Shown here: piece by piece, positions 36,142 through 44,467 of the stretch | Numbering within the stretch: the stretch's first letter is position 1 | Layout: each line of letters begins with the position of its first letter | Assembly: GCA_020725145.1 (NCBI GenBank) | Contig: DYFO01000005.1 | Coordinates: forward strand, 1 to 63,561 | Length of the DNA: 63,561 nucleotides | Reading direction: 5' to 3' | DNA from: Symbiobacterium thermophilum | GTDB lineage: Bacteria > Bacillota > Sulfobacillia > UBA995 | Notes under the pieces: model-generated | Database searches by the model: none | What the model was told of the DNA's origin: nothing | What the model saw: the letters and a program-made list of their open reading frames with translations, nothing else | Made by a program: the position numbers and the translations under genes

Positions 36142-36171
36142 TCTCCCGCTCAGGGGGGCAACTTTTTTTTT
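36142..36171 (+). terminator. weak intrinsic terminator
   Basis: TCTCCC-gctca-GGGGGG, then a T9 run. Confidence 0.45.
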
Positions 36172-36184
36172 GGAGGCGCCAGAG

Positions 36185-37558
36185 GTGGAGCTGGGTTCGG
36201 GCCCCGTACCGCAACCGACGATCTCCCTGGGCGTGGCCAGGCGTCGTCAGGTGCTGGCACTGGCCGTGCCGGCCATCGGCGAGATGGTGCTGCACATGTT
36301 CATCTGGATCGTGGACACCGCCATGGTCGGACGACTGGGCGCGGCGGCGCTGAGCGCGGTAGGGCTCGGAGGCCACGTCTACTTCACCCTCGCGTTCGTG
36401 GTGGGAGCGGTGGGGGTAGGGGTCACCGCCATGGCCGCACGCAGCGTCGGGGCCGGGGATCGCCGCGAGGCCGCCCGGGTGGCGCGGCAAGGCCTCGTCC
36501 TGGCGGTCTTCCTGGGCCTGGGCCTGGGCCTGCTGGTGGCAGGTCTTGCCGGACCGCTTTACCGCTTCACCGGTCTTGGTCCCGAGTCCGCCGCCCTGGG
36601 TCTTACCTACCTGCGGACCCTGTCGGTGGGGGCGGTGCTCCTGCTGGTCAGCGTAGTGGCCAACGCCGCGGTGAGGGCGACCGGCAACACCCGTGTGCCG
36701 CTGCTGGCCGCCCTCGCCGGCAATCTGGTGAACGGCGTGGGCGATTACCTTCTGATCTTCGGGGTCCTGGGATTGCCCCGCCTCGGCGTGCGGGGAGCTG
36801 CGATGGCGGCGGTGCTCGGCCAGGGGGTCACGGCGGCCGTGTCCCTGTCCTACCTTTTGAGCTCGCGGACCGGACTTGACCTGGCGACGGCCGGCGGCCG
36901 GTTGGTGGACACGGGGTTGCTCCGACGCCTGGCCCGTCTCAGCCTGCCCGCCGCCGCCGAGACGGCTATCCTGGACGGCGGACGCGTCGTGTGCCAGCTG
37001 GTAGTCAGCGTCCTGGGGACGGGCGCCTTCGCCGCCCATCAGGTGGCGGTGGCCGCCGAGTCGCTGTCTTTCATGCCCGGGTACGGCTTCGCCATCGCCG
37101 CCGGCATCCTGGCCGGACAGAGCCTGGGGGCGGGATTGCCCCGCGAGGTGCGTGCCTTCACGCGGGAGGCAACCCGGCAGGCGATGGCGATCATGGGCGG
37201 GATGGGGCTTTTGTTCCTGGTATGGGCTCCGGGGTTGATCCGCCTGTTCACCACCGAGCCCGCGGTGGTGGCGCTGGGCGCGGTGTGCCTGCGCATCGCG
37301 GCCTTCGCGCAGCCGGCCATCGCCTATGCCGAAACTCACATCGGTGCCCTGCGAGGGGCGGGCGACACCCGCACCCCCATGTGGGCGAGCGCGGTGGGTA
37401 TCTGGCTATTCCGCGTGCCGGCCACTTACCTGGCCGTCGGCGTTCTCGGTCTGGATTTGCGCGCGGCATGGGTTATAATGGTTCTCGAGTGGTGGATGCG
37501 ATCGGTCCTGGTGGGGACCGCCTTCGCCCGCGGTCGCTGGCAGGAGCTCGAGGTCTGA
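36185..37558 (+). CDS. MATE-family efflux transporter
   Basis: VDTAMVGRLG, RATGNTRVP, LGVRGAAMA and LRGAGDTRTP motifs. Confidence 0.9.
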   Translation: MELGSGPVPQPTISLGVARRRQVLALAVPAIGEMVLHMFIWIVDTAMVGRLGAAALSAVGLGGHVYFTLAFVVGAVGVGVTAMAARSVGAGDRREAARVARQGLVLAVFLGLGLGLLVAGLAGPLYRFTGLGPESAALGLTYLRTLSVGAVLLLVSVVANAAVRATGNTRVPLLAALAGNLVNGVGDYLLIFGVLGLPRLGVRGAAMAAVLGQGVTAAVSLSYLLSSRTGLDLATAGGRLVDTGLLRRLARLSLPAAAETAILDGGRVVCQLVVSVLGTGAFAAHQVAVAAESLSFMPGYGFAIAAGILAGQSLGAGLPREVRAFTREATRQAMAIMGGMGLLFLVWAPGLIRLFTTEPAVVALGAVCLRIAAFAQPAIAYAETHIGALRGAGDTRTPMWASAVGIWLFRVPATYLAVGVLGLDLRAAWVIMVLEWWMRSVLVGTAFARGRWQELEV

Positions 37559-37572
37559 CGGGGGGTGCCGGT

Positions 37573-38451
37573 GTGCGCCTGGCCTTCACCAAGATGCACG
37601 GGGTCGGCAACGATTATCTGTTCGTCGATCTGACCGGGGGACGGCCGATGCCCCCCGACCTGCCCGGTCTGGCGCGGGCCATGAGTCACCGCCGCCTCGG
37701 GGTGGGCGCGGACGGACTCATCCTGGTGCTCCCCTCCACCGCTGCCGACCTGCACATGCGGGTCTTCAACGCCGACGGCAGTGAGGCCGAGATGTGCGGC
37801 AACGGCGTGCGGTGCCTCGCCCGGCTGGCCTGGGACAGGGGGCTGGCGCCGCTCGGTCCGCTGACCGTCGAGACGGCCGCCGGAAAGATCAAGGCGGAGC
37901 CCGTGCTGGAAGGCAACCGGCTGGTGGCGGTACGGGTCGACCTCGGCGAGCCCCGGCTGGCCCGCCGCGACATACCGTTGGCGGGGAGCGAGGAAGACCG
38001 CCCGGACGAGCCGGTGATCGCCCGGTCGCTGAGCGTGGAAGGGAGGACCCTGGGCTTCACCGCCGTGTCCATGGGCAACCCTCACTGCGTGATCGCGGTG
38101 GACAACGTCGGCGCCGTGGACCTGGAGGAACTGGGGCCGCAGGTTGAACGCCATCCCTGGTTCCCTCGCCGCACCAACGTGGAATTCGTCCAGGTCATCG
38201 ACCGTTCGCGGCTGCGCATGCGGGTTTGGGAACGGGGCTCAGGGGTTACCAGCGGCAGCGGCACCGGCGCGGCGGCGGCGCTCGTGGCGTGCGTGCTGGA
38301 ACGAAGGTGCGACCGCCGGGCCCGTGTGCTGATGGACGGCGGCGAGCTTGAAGTGGAATGGGCCGCCGACGGGCGCATCTGGCAGGCCGGCCCGGCGGTG
38401 GAGGTGTTTCAGGGGGAGTTTCCCCTGCCGGAAGGAGGGAGCGGTCCTTGA
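37573..38451 (+). CDS. dapF: diaminopimelate epimerase (second catalytic Cys is Ser)
   Basis: FTKMHGVGNDY, EMCGNG, SMGNPH and RVWERG motifs; TSGSGTG in place of TxACGTG. Confidence 0.9.
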   Translation: MRLAFTKMHGVGNDYLFVDLTGGRPMPPDLPGLARAMSHRRLGVGADGLILVLPSTAADLHMRVFNADGSEAEMCGNGVRCLARLAWDRGLAPLGPLTVETAAGKIKAEPVLEGNRLVAVRVDLGEPRLARRDIPLAGSEEDRPDEPVIARSLSVEGRTLGFTAVSMGNPHCVIAVDNVGAVDLEELGPQVERHPWFPRRTNVEFVQVIDRSRLRMRVWERGSGVTSGSGTGAAAALVACVLERRCDRRARVLMDGGELEVEWAADGRIWQAGPAVEVFQGEFPLPEGGSGP

Positions 38452-39632
38452 GACCGGCTGCGCGCGTGACCGGACTGCCTCCGTATCTCTTTGCCGAACT
38501 GGATCGCCTGCGCGAGGAAGCCCGGGCCAGAGGGGTGGACGTGATCGACCTGGGGACGGGAGATCCCGATCTGCCGACCCCCGTACCGGTGATCGAACGG
38601 CTGTGCCTGGAGGCCCGTGACCCGGCCAACCACCGTTACCCCGCATACCGTGGATCGGGCCGTTTTCGCGAGGCGGTGGCCGCGTACTACCGGCGACGCT
38701 TCCGCGTGGAGCTCGATCCCGACCGCGAGGTGCTGGCGGTGATAGGGTCCAAGGAAGGGATCGCCCACCTCATCTGGGCACTGGTGGACCCCGGGGACTA
38801 CGTGCTGGTGCCCGACCCCGCCTACCCCGTTTACCACACGCAGACCCTGCTTGCCGGGGGGATTCCTTTCGCACTGCCCTTGCGGCGCGACCACGGATAC
38901 TTCCCCGATCTGACGGCCGTACCCGACGCGGTCCGTGAGCGTGCCAAGCTCATGTTTTTGAACTACCCAAACAACCCCACGGCCGGTGTGGCCACTCAAG
39001 AGCAACTGGCGGAGGCGGTGAAGTTCGTGCGCCGGCACGACATCCTCCTCTGCCATGATGCCGCATACGTGGAGATGACCTACGACGGGGTGGTAGCACC
39101 CAGCGTGCTGGAGATTCCGGGAGCCCGCGAGGTGGCCATCGAGCTTTATTCGCTGTCCAAACCTTTCAACATGACCGGATGGCGCATCGGGGCGGCGGTC
39201 GGAAACGCCTCGGCGCTCGGTATTCTTGGCAGGTTGAAGGGCCACACCGATTCCGGGCAGTTCACCGCGGTGCAGCACGCGGCGGTAGAGGCACTCACCT
39301 GGAAGGGGGCGGCCGCCTTCCTACAGGAGATGAACGCGATCTACGCACGGCGTCGGGACCTGGTGGTGGGCCGCCTGGCCTCTTTCGGATGGGATTTCGA
39401 CCTTCCCCGGGGCACTTTCTACGTCTGGGCACGGCCGCCCGGGGGCCTGCCCGTCGGCGAGTTTGCCTCGAGATTGCTGGAGGATGCCGGAGTCCTGGTC
39501 GCTCCGGGGCCTGCTTACGGTCGGGGTGGCGAGGGGTACGTGCGCCTGGCACTGTGCGTGGCCGACGCGCGGCTGACGCAGGCCATGGACCGCATCGCCG
39601 CTTGGCAGGCCCGAGGGGACTTGCGGTTTTGA
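38448..39632 (+). CDS. dapL: LL-diaminopimelate aminotransferase
   Basis: PPYLFA, GSKEGIAH, NYPNNPT and SLSKPFNMTGWRIG motifs; adjacent to dapF. Confidence 0.85.
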   Translation: MRPAARVTGLPPYLFAELDRLREEARARGVDVIDLGTGDPDLPTPVPVIERLCLEARDPANHRYPAYRGSGRFREAVAAYYRRRFRVELDPDREVLAVIGSKEGIAHLIWALVDPGDYVLVPDPAYPVYHTQTLLAGGIPFALPLRRDHGYFPDLTAVPDAVRERAKLMFLNYPNNPTAGVATQEQLAEAVKFVRRHDILLCHDAAYVEMTYDGVVAPSVLEIPGAREVAIELYSLSKPFNMTGWRIGAAVGNASALGILGRLKGHTDSGQFTAVQHAAVEALTWKGAAAFLQEMNAIYARRRDLVVGRLASFGWDFDLPRGTFYVWARPPGGLPVGEFASRLLEDAGVLVAPGPAYGRGGEGYVRLALCVADARLTQAMDRIAAWQARGDLRF

Positions 39633-39723
39633 TGTGGCCAAAGAGGAATCCGCCGCAGCTTGGGCGAACTACCTGGCAAAACTGGCATGCCGTGCCAGGT
39701 CCTGCCACGTCCGGAGGTGGCCG

Positions 39724-40602
39724 ATGCCGCGGAGCATGACCGGTTACGGCCGGGGCGAGCACACCGCGAGCGGTCACCGGGCGGTGGTCGAGGTCCGGTC
39801 GGTCAACCACCGTCATGCGGAGTTCAGTATCCGGCTGACGCGGGGTTACATGGCGCTGGAGGAACGGCTGCGGGCCGTCCTGCCGGACCGGGTAGCCCGG
39901 GGCAGGGTCGACGTGAGCGTGACGGTGGAAGCGCTGCAGGGGCAGCACCGCGAGGTCCGAGTTGATCCGGAGCTGGCCGCAGGTTATCTGCACGCGCTGT
40001 TGGAGCTGGGTAGGCGACTGAAGATGAGGGTGAGGCCCCGATTGGAGACACTCATCGCCTTGCCCGAGGTGATCGCGGTGACCGACGCCCGGCCCGACCC
40101 CGAAGCCGCCTGGCCGGCGGTGCAGGACGCCCTCGCGGAGGCATTGGATGCGCTGGTCCGGATGCGCGAGCGCGAGGGAGAGCGCCTGTACCGGGACCTT
40201 GCACATAGGCTGGGCCACCTGGGGCAACTTATGGAGGAAGTTGGCGCCAGGGCGCCGCTGGCCCAGGAGGAGTACCGGCAGCGGGTGGCCGAGCGCATCG
40301 CCGAGATGGCCGGCCGCGTCGAGCTCGAACCGTCCCGGATCGCCGGCGAGGTTGCCGTGCTCGTGGAAAGGGGCAGCATCGCCGAGGAGCTCGTTCGTGT
40401 GGGCAGCCACCTGACGGAGGCGCGGGAGGCGCTGTCACGGGACGGCCCGGTGGGACGAAGGCTGGAGTTCATCGTCCAGGAGCTTGGTCGCGAGTTGAAC
40501 ACGGCGGCCGCCAAGACCACCGATGTGCGCATTGGAAAGCTCCTGCTGGACGCCCGTGAGGAACTGGACAAGATCAGGGAACAGGTACAGAACCTGGAGT
40601 GA
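39724..40602 (+). CDS. yloC: YicC/YloC endoribonuclease
   Basis: SMTGYGR, VRSVNHR, GRRLEFIVQE and REQVQNLE motifs. Confidence 0.93.
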   Translation: MPRSMTGYGRGEHTASGHRAVVEVRSVNHRHAEFSIRLTRGYMALEERLRAVLPDRVARGRVDVSVTVEALQGQHREVRVDPELAAGYLHALLELGRRLKMRVRPRLETLIALPEVIAVTDARPDPEAAWPAVQDALAEALDALVRMREREGERLYRDLAHRLGHLGQLMEEVGARAPLAQEEYRQRVAERIAEMAGRVELEPSRIAGEVAVLVERGSIAEELVRVGSHLTEAREALSRDGPVGRRLEFIVQELGRELNTAAAKTTDVRIGKLLLDAREELDKIREQVQNLE

Positions 40603-40622
40603 AGGGAAGGAGGTGACGGTGG

Positions 40623-40940
40623 ATGGCGCTGCCGGTTCTCACCATTGAACAGAGGCGCCAGGCTCTGGAGAAGGCCCAGGCCATGCGGAGCAAGCGCAAG
40701 GGGATTCGTCAGAAGCTCAAGAAGGGGAAGCTCGCGCTCAGAGACGTACTTGACAGTCGGGACGATGAGGTTATGGCCAAGATGCGTGTGGCCTACCTCC
40801 TGGCTTCCCTGCCGCGCGTGGGCAAGACCACGGCGAGGAAGATCATGGAGGAGATCGGTATCGACGACTCCCGTCGGGTGCAGGGTCTGGGCAAGCGGCA
40901 ACGCGAGGCCTTGCTCGAGCGGCTGGGAGCCAAACGGTAG
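40623..40940 (+). CDS. mihF: actinobacterial-type integration host factor (mIHF, H2TH)
   Basis: MALPVLTIEQRRQALEKA...LPRVGK...RRVQGLGKRQR. Confidence 0.85.
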   Translation: MALPVLTIEQRRQALEKAQAMRSKRKGIRQKLKKGKLALRDVLDSRDDEVMAKMRVAYLLASLPRVGKTTARKIMEEIGIDDSRRVQGLGKRQREALLERLGAKR

Positions 40941-40961
40941 GCGACCCGGGAGGTGCTGGCC

Positions 40962-41228
40962 ATGGACCTCAGGCTCATCAACATCGGCTTTGGCAACATC
41001 GTCTCGGCCAACCGCATCGTGGCTATCGTCAGCCCCGAATCCGCGCCCATCAAGCGGGTCATCCAAGAAGCCCGCGACCAGGGGACGCTGATCGACGCCA
41101 CCTACGGCCGCAGAACGCGGGCGGTCATCATTACCGACAGCGACCACGTGATCCTTTCGGCGGTACAGCCTGAGACGGTGGCCGGCAGGCTCGCGGCCAG
41201 AGAAGCGTCGGGAGAGCAGGGCGGCTGA
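40962..41228 (+). CDS. remA: RemA (DUF370) regulator
   Basis: [27 protein letters not shown] and [11 protein letters not shown]. Confidence 0.95.
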   Translation: MDLRLINIGFGNIVSANRIVAIVSPESAPIKRVIQEARDQGTLIDATYGRRTRAVIITDSDHVILSAVQPETVAGRLAAREASGEQGG

Positions 41229-41241
41229 AGGAGGGAACCGC

Positions 41242-42018
41242 ATGACCAGGAAACCCTTCCTGGTTGTCGTCTCGGGGCCTTCCGGAGCGGGCAAGACGAC
41301 CATCATCCGAGAATTGCTTGAGCGCTTGCCGGGCCTGGCTTTCTCGGTTTCTGCCACTACCAGGCCTCCCCGGCCGGGCGAGGATGCCGGTAAGGACTAT
41401 TACTTCTTGACTGCGTCCGAGTTCCAGCAGAAAATAGAGGCGGGAGAATTCCTGGAGTCCGCCGAGGTTTACGGGCACCGTTACGGTACGCTGCGTCGCC
41501 AGGTCGAGGACCTCTTGGCCGCAGGACAGGACGTGGTGCTGGACATCGACGTTCAGGGTGCGATGCAGGTAAGGTCGGCAGGGCTCGACGCCGTTTTCGT
41601 GTTCGTTATGCCACCCAGCCTTGGCCATGCCAGGGAGCGCATGGACCGCCGAGGAACCGAGGATGCGCTTTCCCGGGAAAGACGTCTGCGGCAGGCGCCG
41701 GTTGAGGTCGCGGCCCTGGCAGGTTACGATTACCTGATCTGCAACGACCGAAAGGAGGAAGCGGTCGGTACCCTGGCGGCCATCATCCGCGCGGAACGGT
41801 GCCGCGTCTCCAGGCTGGGGCTACTCGGCACTGGGGCTGCTTCGTCGAAGGCCGGCGGATCCGCCAACGGAGGGGATCGCTGTCCGCATGATGAAGCCAT
41901 CGCTGGAGGAACTGATGCAGGGGATCGACAGCAAGTACACCCTGGTCGTGGCCGCCGCCAAACGGGCGCGGCAGCTGATGATGGGTTACGCCAGGCTTGT
42001 GGAGTGCGATTCGGATAA
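41242..42018 (+). CDS. gmk: guanylate kinase with a C-terminal read-through extension
   Basis: SGPSGAGKTT, SATTRPPRPGE and LDIDVQGA motifs. Confidence 0.92.
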   Translation: MTRKPFLVVVSGPSGAGKTTIIRELLERLPGLAFSVSATTRPPRPGEDAGKDYYFLTASEFQQKIEAGEFLESAEVYGHRYGTLRRQVEDLLAAGQDVVLDIDVQGAMQVRSAGLDAVFVFVMPPSLGHARERMDRRGTEDALSRERRLRQAPVEVAALAGYDYLICNDRKEEAVGTLAAIIRAERCRVSRLGLLGTGAASSKAGGSANGGDRCPHDEAIAGGTDAGDRQQVHPGRGRRQTGAAADDGLRQACGVRFG

Positions 42019-42097
42019 GCCGGTGACGGTGGCCCTGGAGGAGATCCGGACCGGCAAGATCCGGTGGGAAGGAAGCAAGACGGGTTCCAGGGCGTGA
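41888..42097 (+). CDS. rpoZ: RNA polymerase omega subunit
   Basis: DSKYTLVVAAAKRARQL and KPVTVALEEI. Confidence 0.95.
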   Translation: MMKPSLEELMQGIDSKYTLVVAAAKRARQLMMGYARLVECDSDKPVTVALEEIRTGKIRWEGSKTGSRA

Positions 42098-42104
42098 GCC
42101 GTAG

Positions 42105-42140
42105 AGGGCGGGGGCTGCCTTGAAGCGGCCCCTGCCTTTC
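42105..42140 (+). terminator. hairpin terminator after rpoZ
   Basis: GGGCGGGGGCTGC-cttgaa-GCGGCCCCTGCCT-TTC. Confidence 0.55.
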
Positions 42141-42166
42141 GCTTGCCCCGGGGGAGAGCGGTCGAG

Positions 42167-44449
42167 ATGGCTTCCTCGAAAGCCGAGTACGCCGAGGTAG
42201 CGGTGGACGCGCTGACCGGTCCTGCAGCCGGCGCCCTGCACTACCGCATACCCGATTCGCTGCGGGACCGCGCGGTTGCCGGGGCGAGGGTGAGGGTGCC
42301 GTTTCGGCGGGGCCACAGCGAGGGGTACCTGATCGGCTTCCCCGCCGTACCCGCGGTGGAGGAGCTGCGGGAGATCGCCGCCGTCATCGAAGACGTCCCG
42401 CCCATCCCTGCCGACCTCTTGGAGCTCGGCAGGTGGATCGCCGGGCGTTATGCCTGCGCGCTGGCCGAAGCCTTCCGGGTACTTGGGCCTGCCGCCGCGC
42501 GGAGCCGGCCCCGCGTGAAGGTGAGCCTTGTCGGCGAGGTTCCGCCCCGCAGTGGAAGGTCGGGACTGGTGCTGTTATTCCTCCGCCAGGGTCCGGCCGA
42601 CCTCGATCGGCTCTCGGAACTGGTGGGGTCGCGTGCCGGTGCCCTGGCGGTGGTGCGTCGTCTGGAGCGTGCAGGCCTGGTGACGGTGGAAACCGATTTC
42701 CGGCCCCATCGGCGGCGTCGCCGACGCCTGCTGCGGGTGGTCGCCGGCGAGGCGGAAGAGGGTGAGACACCCGCCGGCAGGCGCGCCCTGGCGGCGGTCA
42801 GGGAGCTCGCATCTCCGGACGGTCCCACCATCGCCGAGGTGACGGCCCGTGCCGCCGTGAGCGCGACGGTGGTAGCCCGGTTGATCCGCGAGGGCAAGAT
42901 CCGGATGGAGGAGGAGTCAGGTGCCCGGCATCGTCCCGTGCCCGGTCCGGCACCCGGCTTCGCGGTGACGCTGCTTTGCGGCCGCGAGCGGCTTTGGGCC
43001 TATCGGGCGGCGATCGCCGGCTGCCTGCGCAGCGGAAGGCAGGCGCTGGTGCTGGTTCCTGAGATCGCGTACGCCACGGCGATGGCCACGGCGCTGGGCG
43101 GCGACGGGGATCGGCGTGTGGTGGTGCTGCACAGCGAGCTGTCAGACGGTGCGCGCTTGGAGGCGTGGCGTGCCTGCCGCGAGGCCGACCTTGTGGTGGG
43201 AACGCGTTCGGCGGTGTTTGCCCCGGTTTCCCACTTGGGTCTGGTGGTGGTGGACGACGAGCACGACGAGGCCTACAAGGAGCTGGAGAGCCCGCGTTAT
43301 CACGCCCGGGACGTCGCGCTGGAACGGGCCCGCGCCGCAGGGGCGGCCGTGCTGCTGGGAAGCGCCACCCCGTCGCTGGAGAGCTTCCACCGTTTCGAAC
43401 GTTTGCGTACTGCCGGGAGGGCGGTGGCCCGGGCCAGCCTGGTTGACCTGAGGTCGGAGCTGAAGGCCGGCAACCGCAGCCTGTTCGGCCGCGAACTGCG
43501 CGAGCGAGCGGGCCGGGTGCTGGCCGCCGGCGGGAAGTTCGTCCTTTTTTTGAACCGACGAGGCTATGCAGGCTTTGTGCTGTGTCGCGAGTGTGGTTGG
43601 GTGGCGCGCTGCCCAGGTTGTGAGCTGCCTTTCAGCGTTCACATGGGAGGACGGGAGTTGCGCTGTCACCACTGCGGTGCCGGCATCCCGGCACCGGCAG
43701 GCTGCCCGCGCTGCCGGTCGCGTGCGGTAAGGCCTTTCGGTGCGGGAACCGAGCGCGTGCAGGCGGAGGCCCGGGCCGCCTTCCCCGGGGTGCTGGTGGA
43801 ACGGCTGGACTCCGACGTGGCGCCCGACCGGCGGCGTCAGCTGGAGATCCTCGACCGCTTCGCCCGGGAAGGTCCGGCGGTCCTCGTGGGCACACAGCTC
43901 GTCCTGCACGCGCTCGACCACGTTGCGCTGCTGGGAGTGGTCACGGCCGACATCTCGCTGCATTTTCCGGATTTCCGTGCTGCCGAGCGCACCTACCAGT
44001 TACTGGAGGCCCTCCGCGGCCGCCTGCAGGCCGGCGCGCACCTCGTGGTGCAGAGCTACACGCCGGACCACTACGCATTGGCGGCGGTGGCCAGGGACGA
44101 ACCCGAGCACTTTTACCGGGAGGAACTGGCCGTGCGTGAGCGCATGCGCTACCCCCCGTTCGGCTCCCTGGGGCGCTTGCTGGTGGTGGGACACCCCGGA
44201 GTGGCCGAGCAGGCCGCCCGTGAGCTGGCGGCCCGCCTTCGCGAGCCGGCCGCCCGGCACGGGGTGACGGTGACCGGTCCGGCTCCCCCGCTGGTTCCCC
44301 GGGTGGGCGGTCGGGAGCGCTGGCAGCTGGTGCTGAGGGGCCGGGAAGCCCAGCAGGTGGCCGAGGTCATCCGCGCGGGACTGGGCGGCGTGTCGACGCG
44401 GGCCGGACTGAGCGTGAGCGTTGACGTCGAACCTCTGGACCTGACCTGA
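42167..44449 (+). CDS. priA: primosomal protein N' with degenerate helicase motifs
   Basis: N-terminal 3'-binding domain, LVPEI, GTRSAVFAP, GSATPSLES, LNRRGYA, four CxxC, PDFRAAER. Confidence 0.9.
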   Translation: MASSKAEYAEVAVDALTGPAAGALHYRIPDSLRDRAVAGARVRVPFRRGHSEGYLIGFPAVPAVEELREIAAVIEDVPPIPADLLELGRWIAGRYACALAEAFRVLGPAAARSRPRVKVSLVGEVPPRSGRSGLVLLFLRQGPADLDRLSELVGSRAGALAVVRRLERAGLVTVETDFRPHRRRRRRLLRVVAGEAEEGETPAGRRALAAVRELASPDGPTIAEVTARAAVSATVVARLIREGKIRMEEESGARHRPVPGPAPGFAVTLLCGRERLWAYRAAIAGCLRSGRQALVLVPEIAYATAMATALGGDGDRRVVVLHSELSDGARLEAWRACREADLVVGTRSAVFAPVSHLGLVVVDDEHDEAYKELESPRYHARDVALERARAAGAAVLLGSATPSLESFHRFERLRTAGRAVARASLVDLRSELKAGNRSLFGRELRERAGRVLAAGGKFVLFLNRRGYAGFVLCRECGWVARCPGCELPFSVHMGGRELRCHHCGAGIPAPAGCPRCRSRAVRPFGAGTERVQAEARAAFPGVLVERLDSDVAPDRRRQLEILDRFAREGPAVLVGTQLVLHALDHVALLGVVTADISLHFPDFRAAERTYQLLEALRGRLQAGAHLVVQSYTPDHYALAAVARDEPEHFYREELAVRERMRYPPFGSLGRLLVVGHPGVAEQAARELAARLREPAARHGVTVTGPAPPLVPRVGGRERWQLVLRGREAQQVAEVIRAGLGGVSTRAGLSVSVDVEPLDLT

Positions 44450-44467
44450 TCTGGAAGGAGCGTTGCC

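Noticed and set aside
33299-39632. Staphylopine/pseudopaline-like metallophore cluster (ODH + exporter + DapF-like racemase)
   Set aside because: No nicotianamine-synthase-like gene and no metal-regulator box seen; dapF-dapL-yicC is ordinary core synteny; a terminator-like element follows the B12 gene
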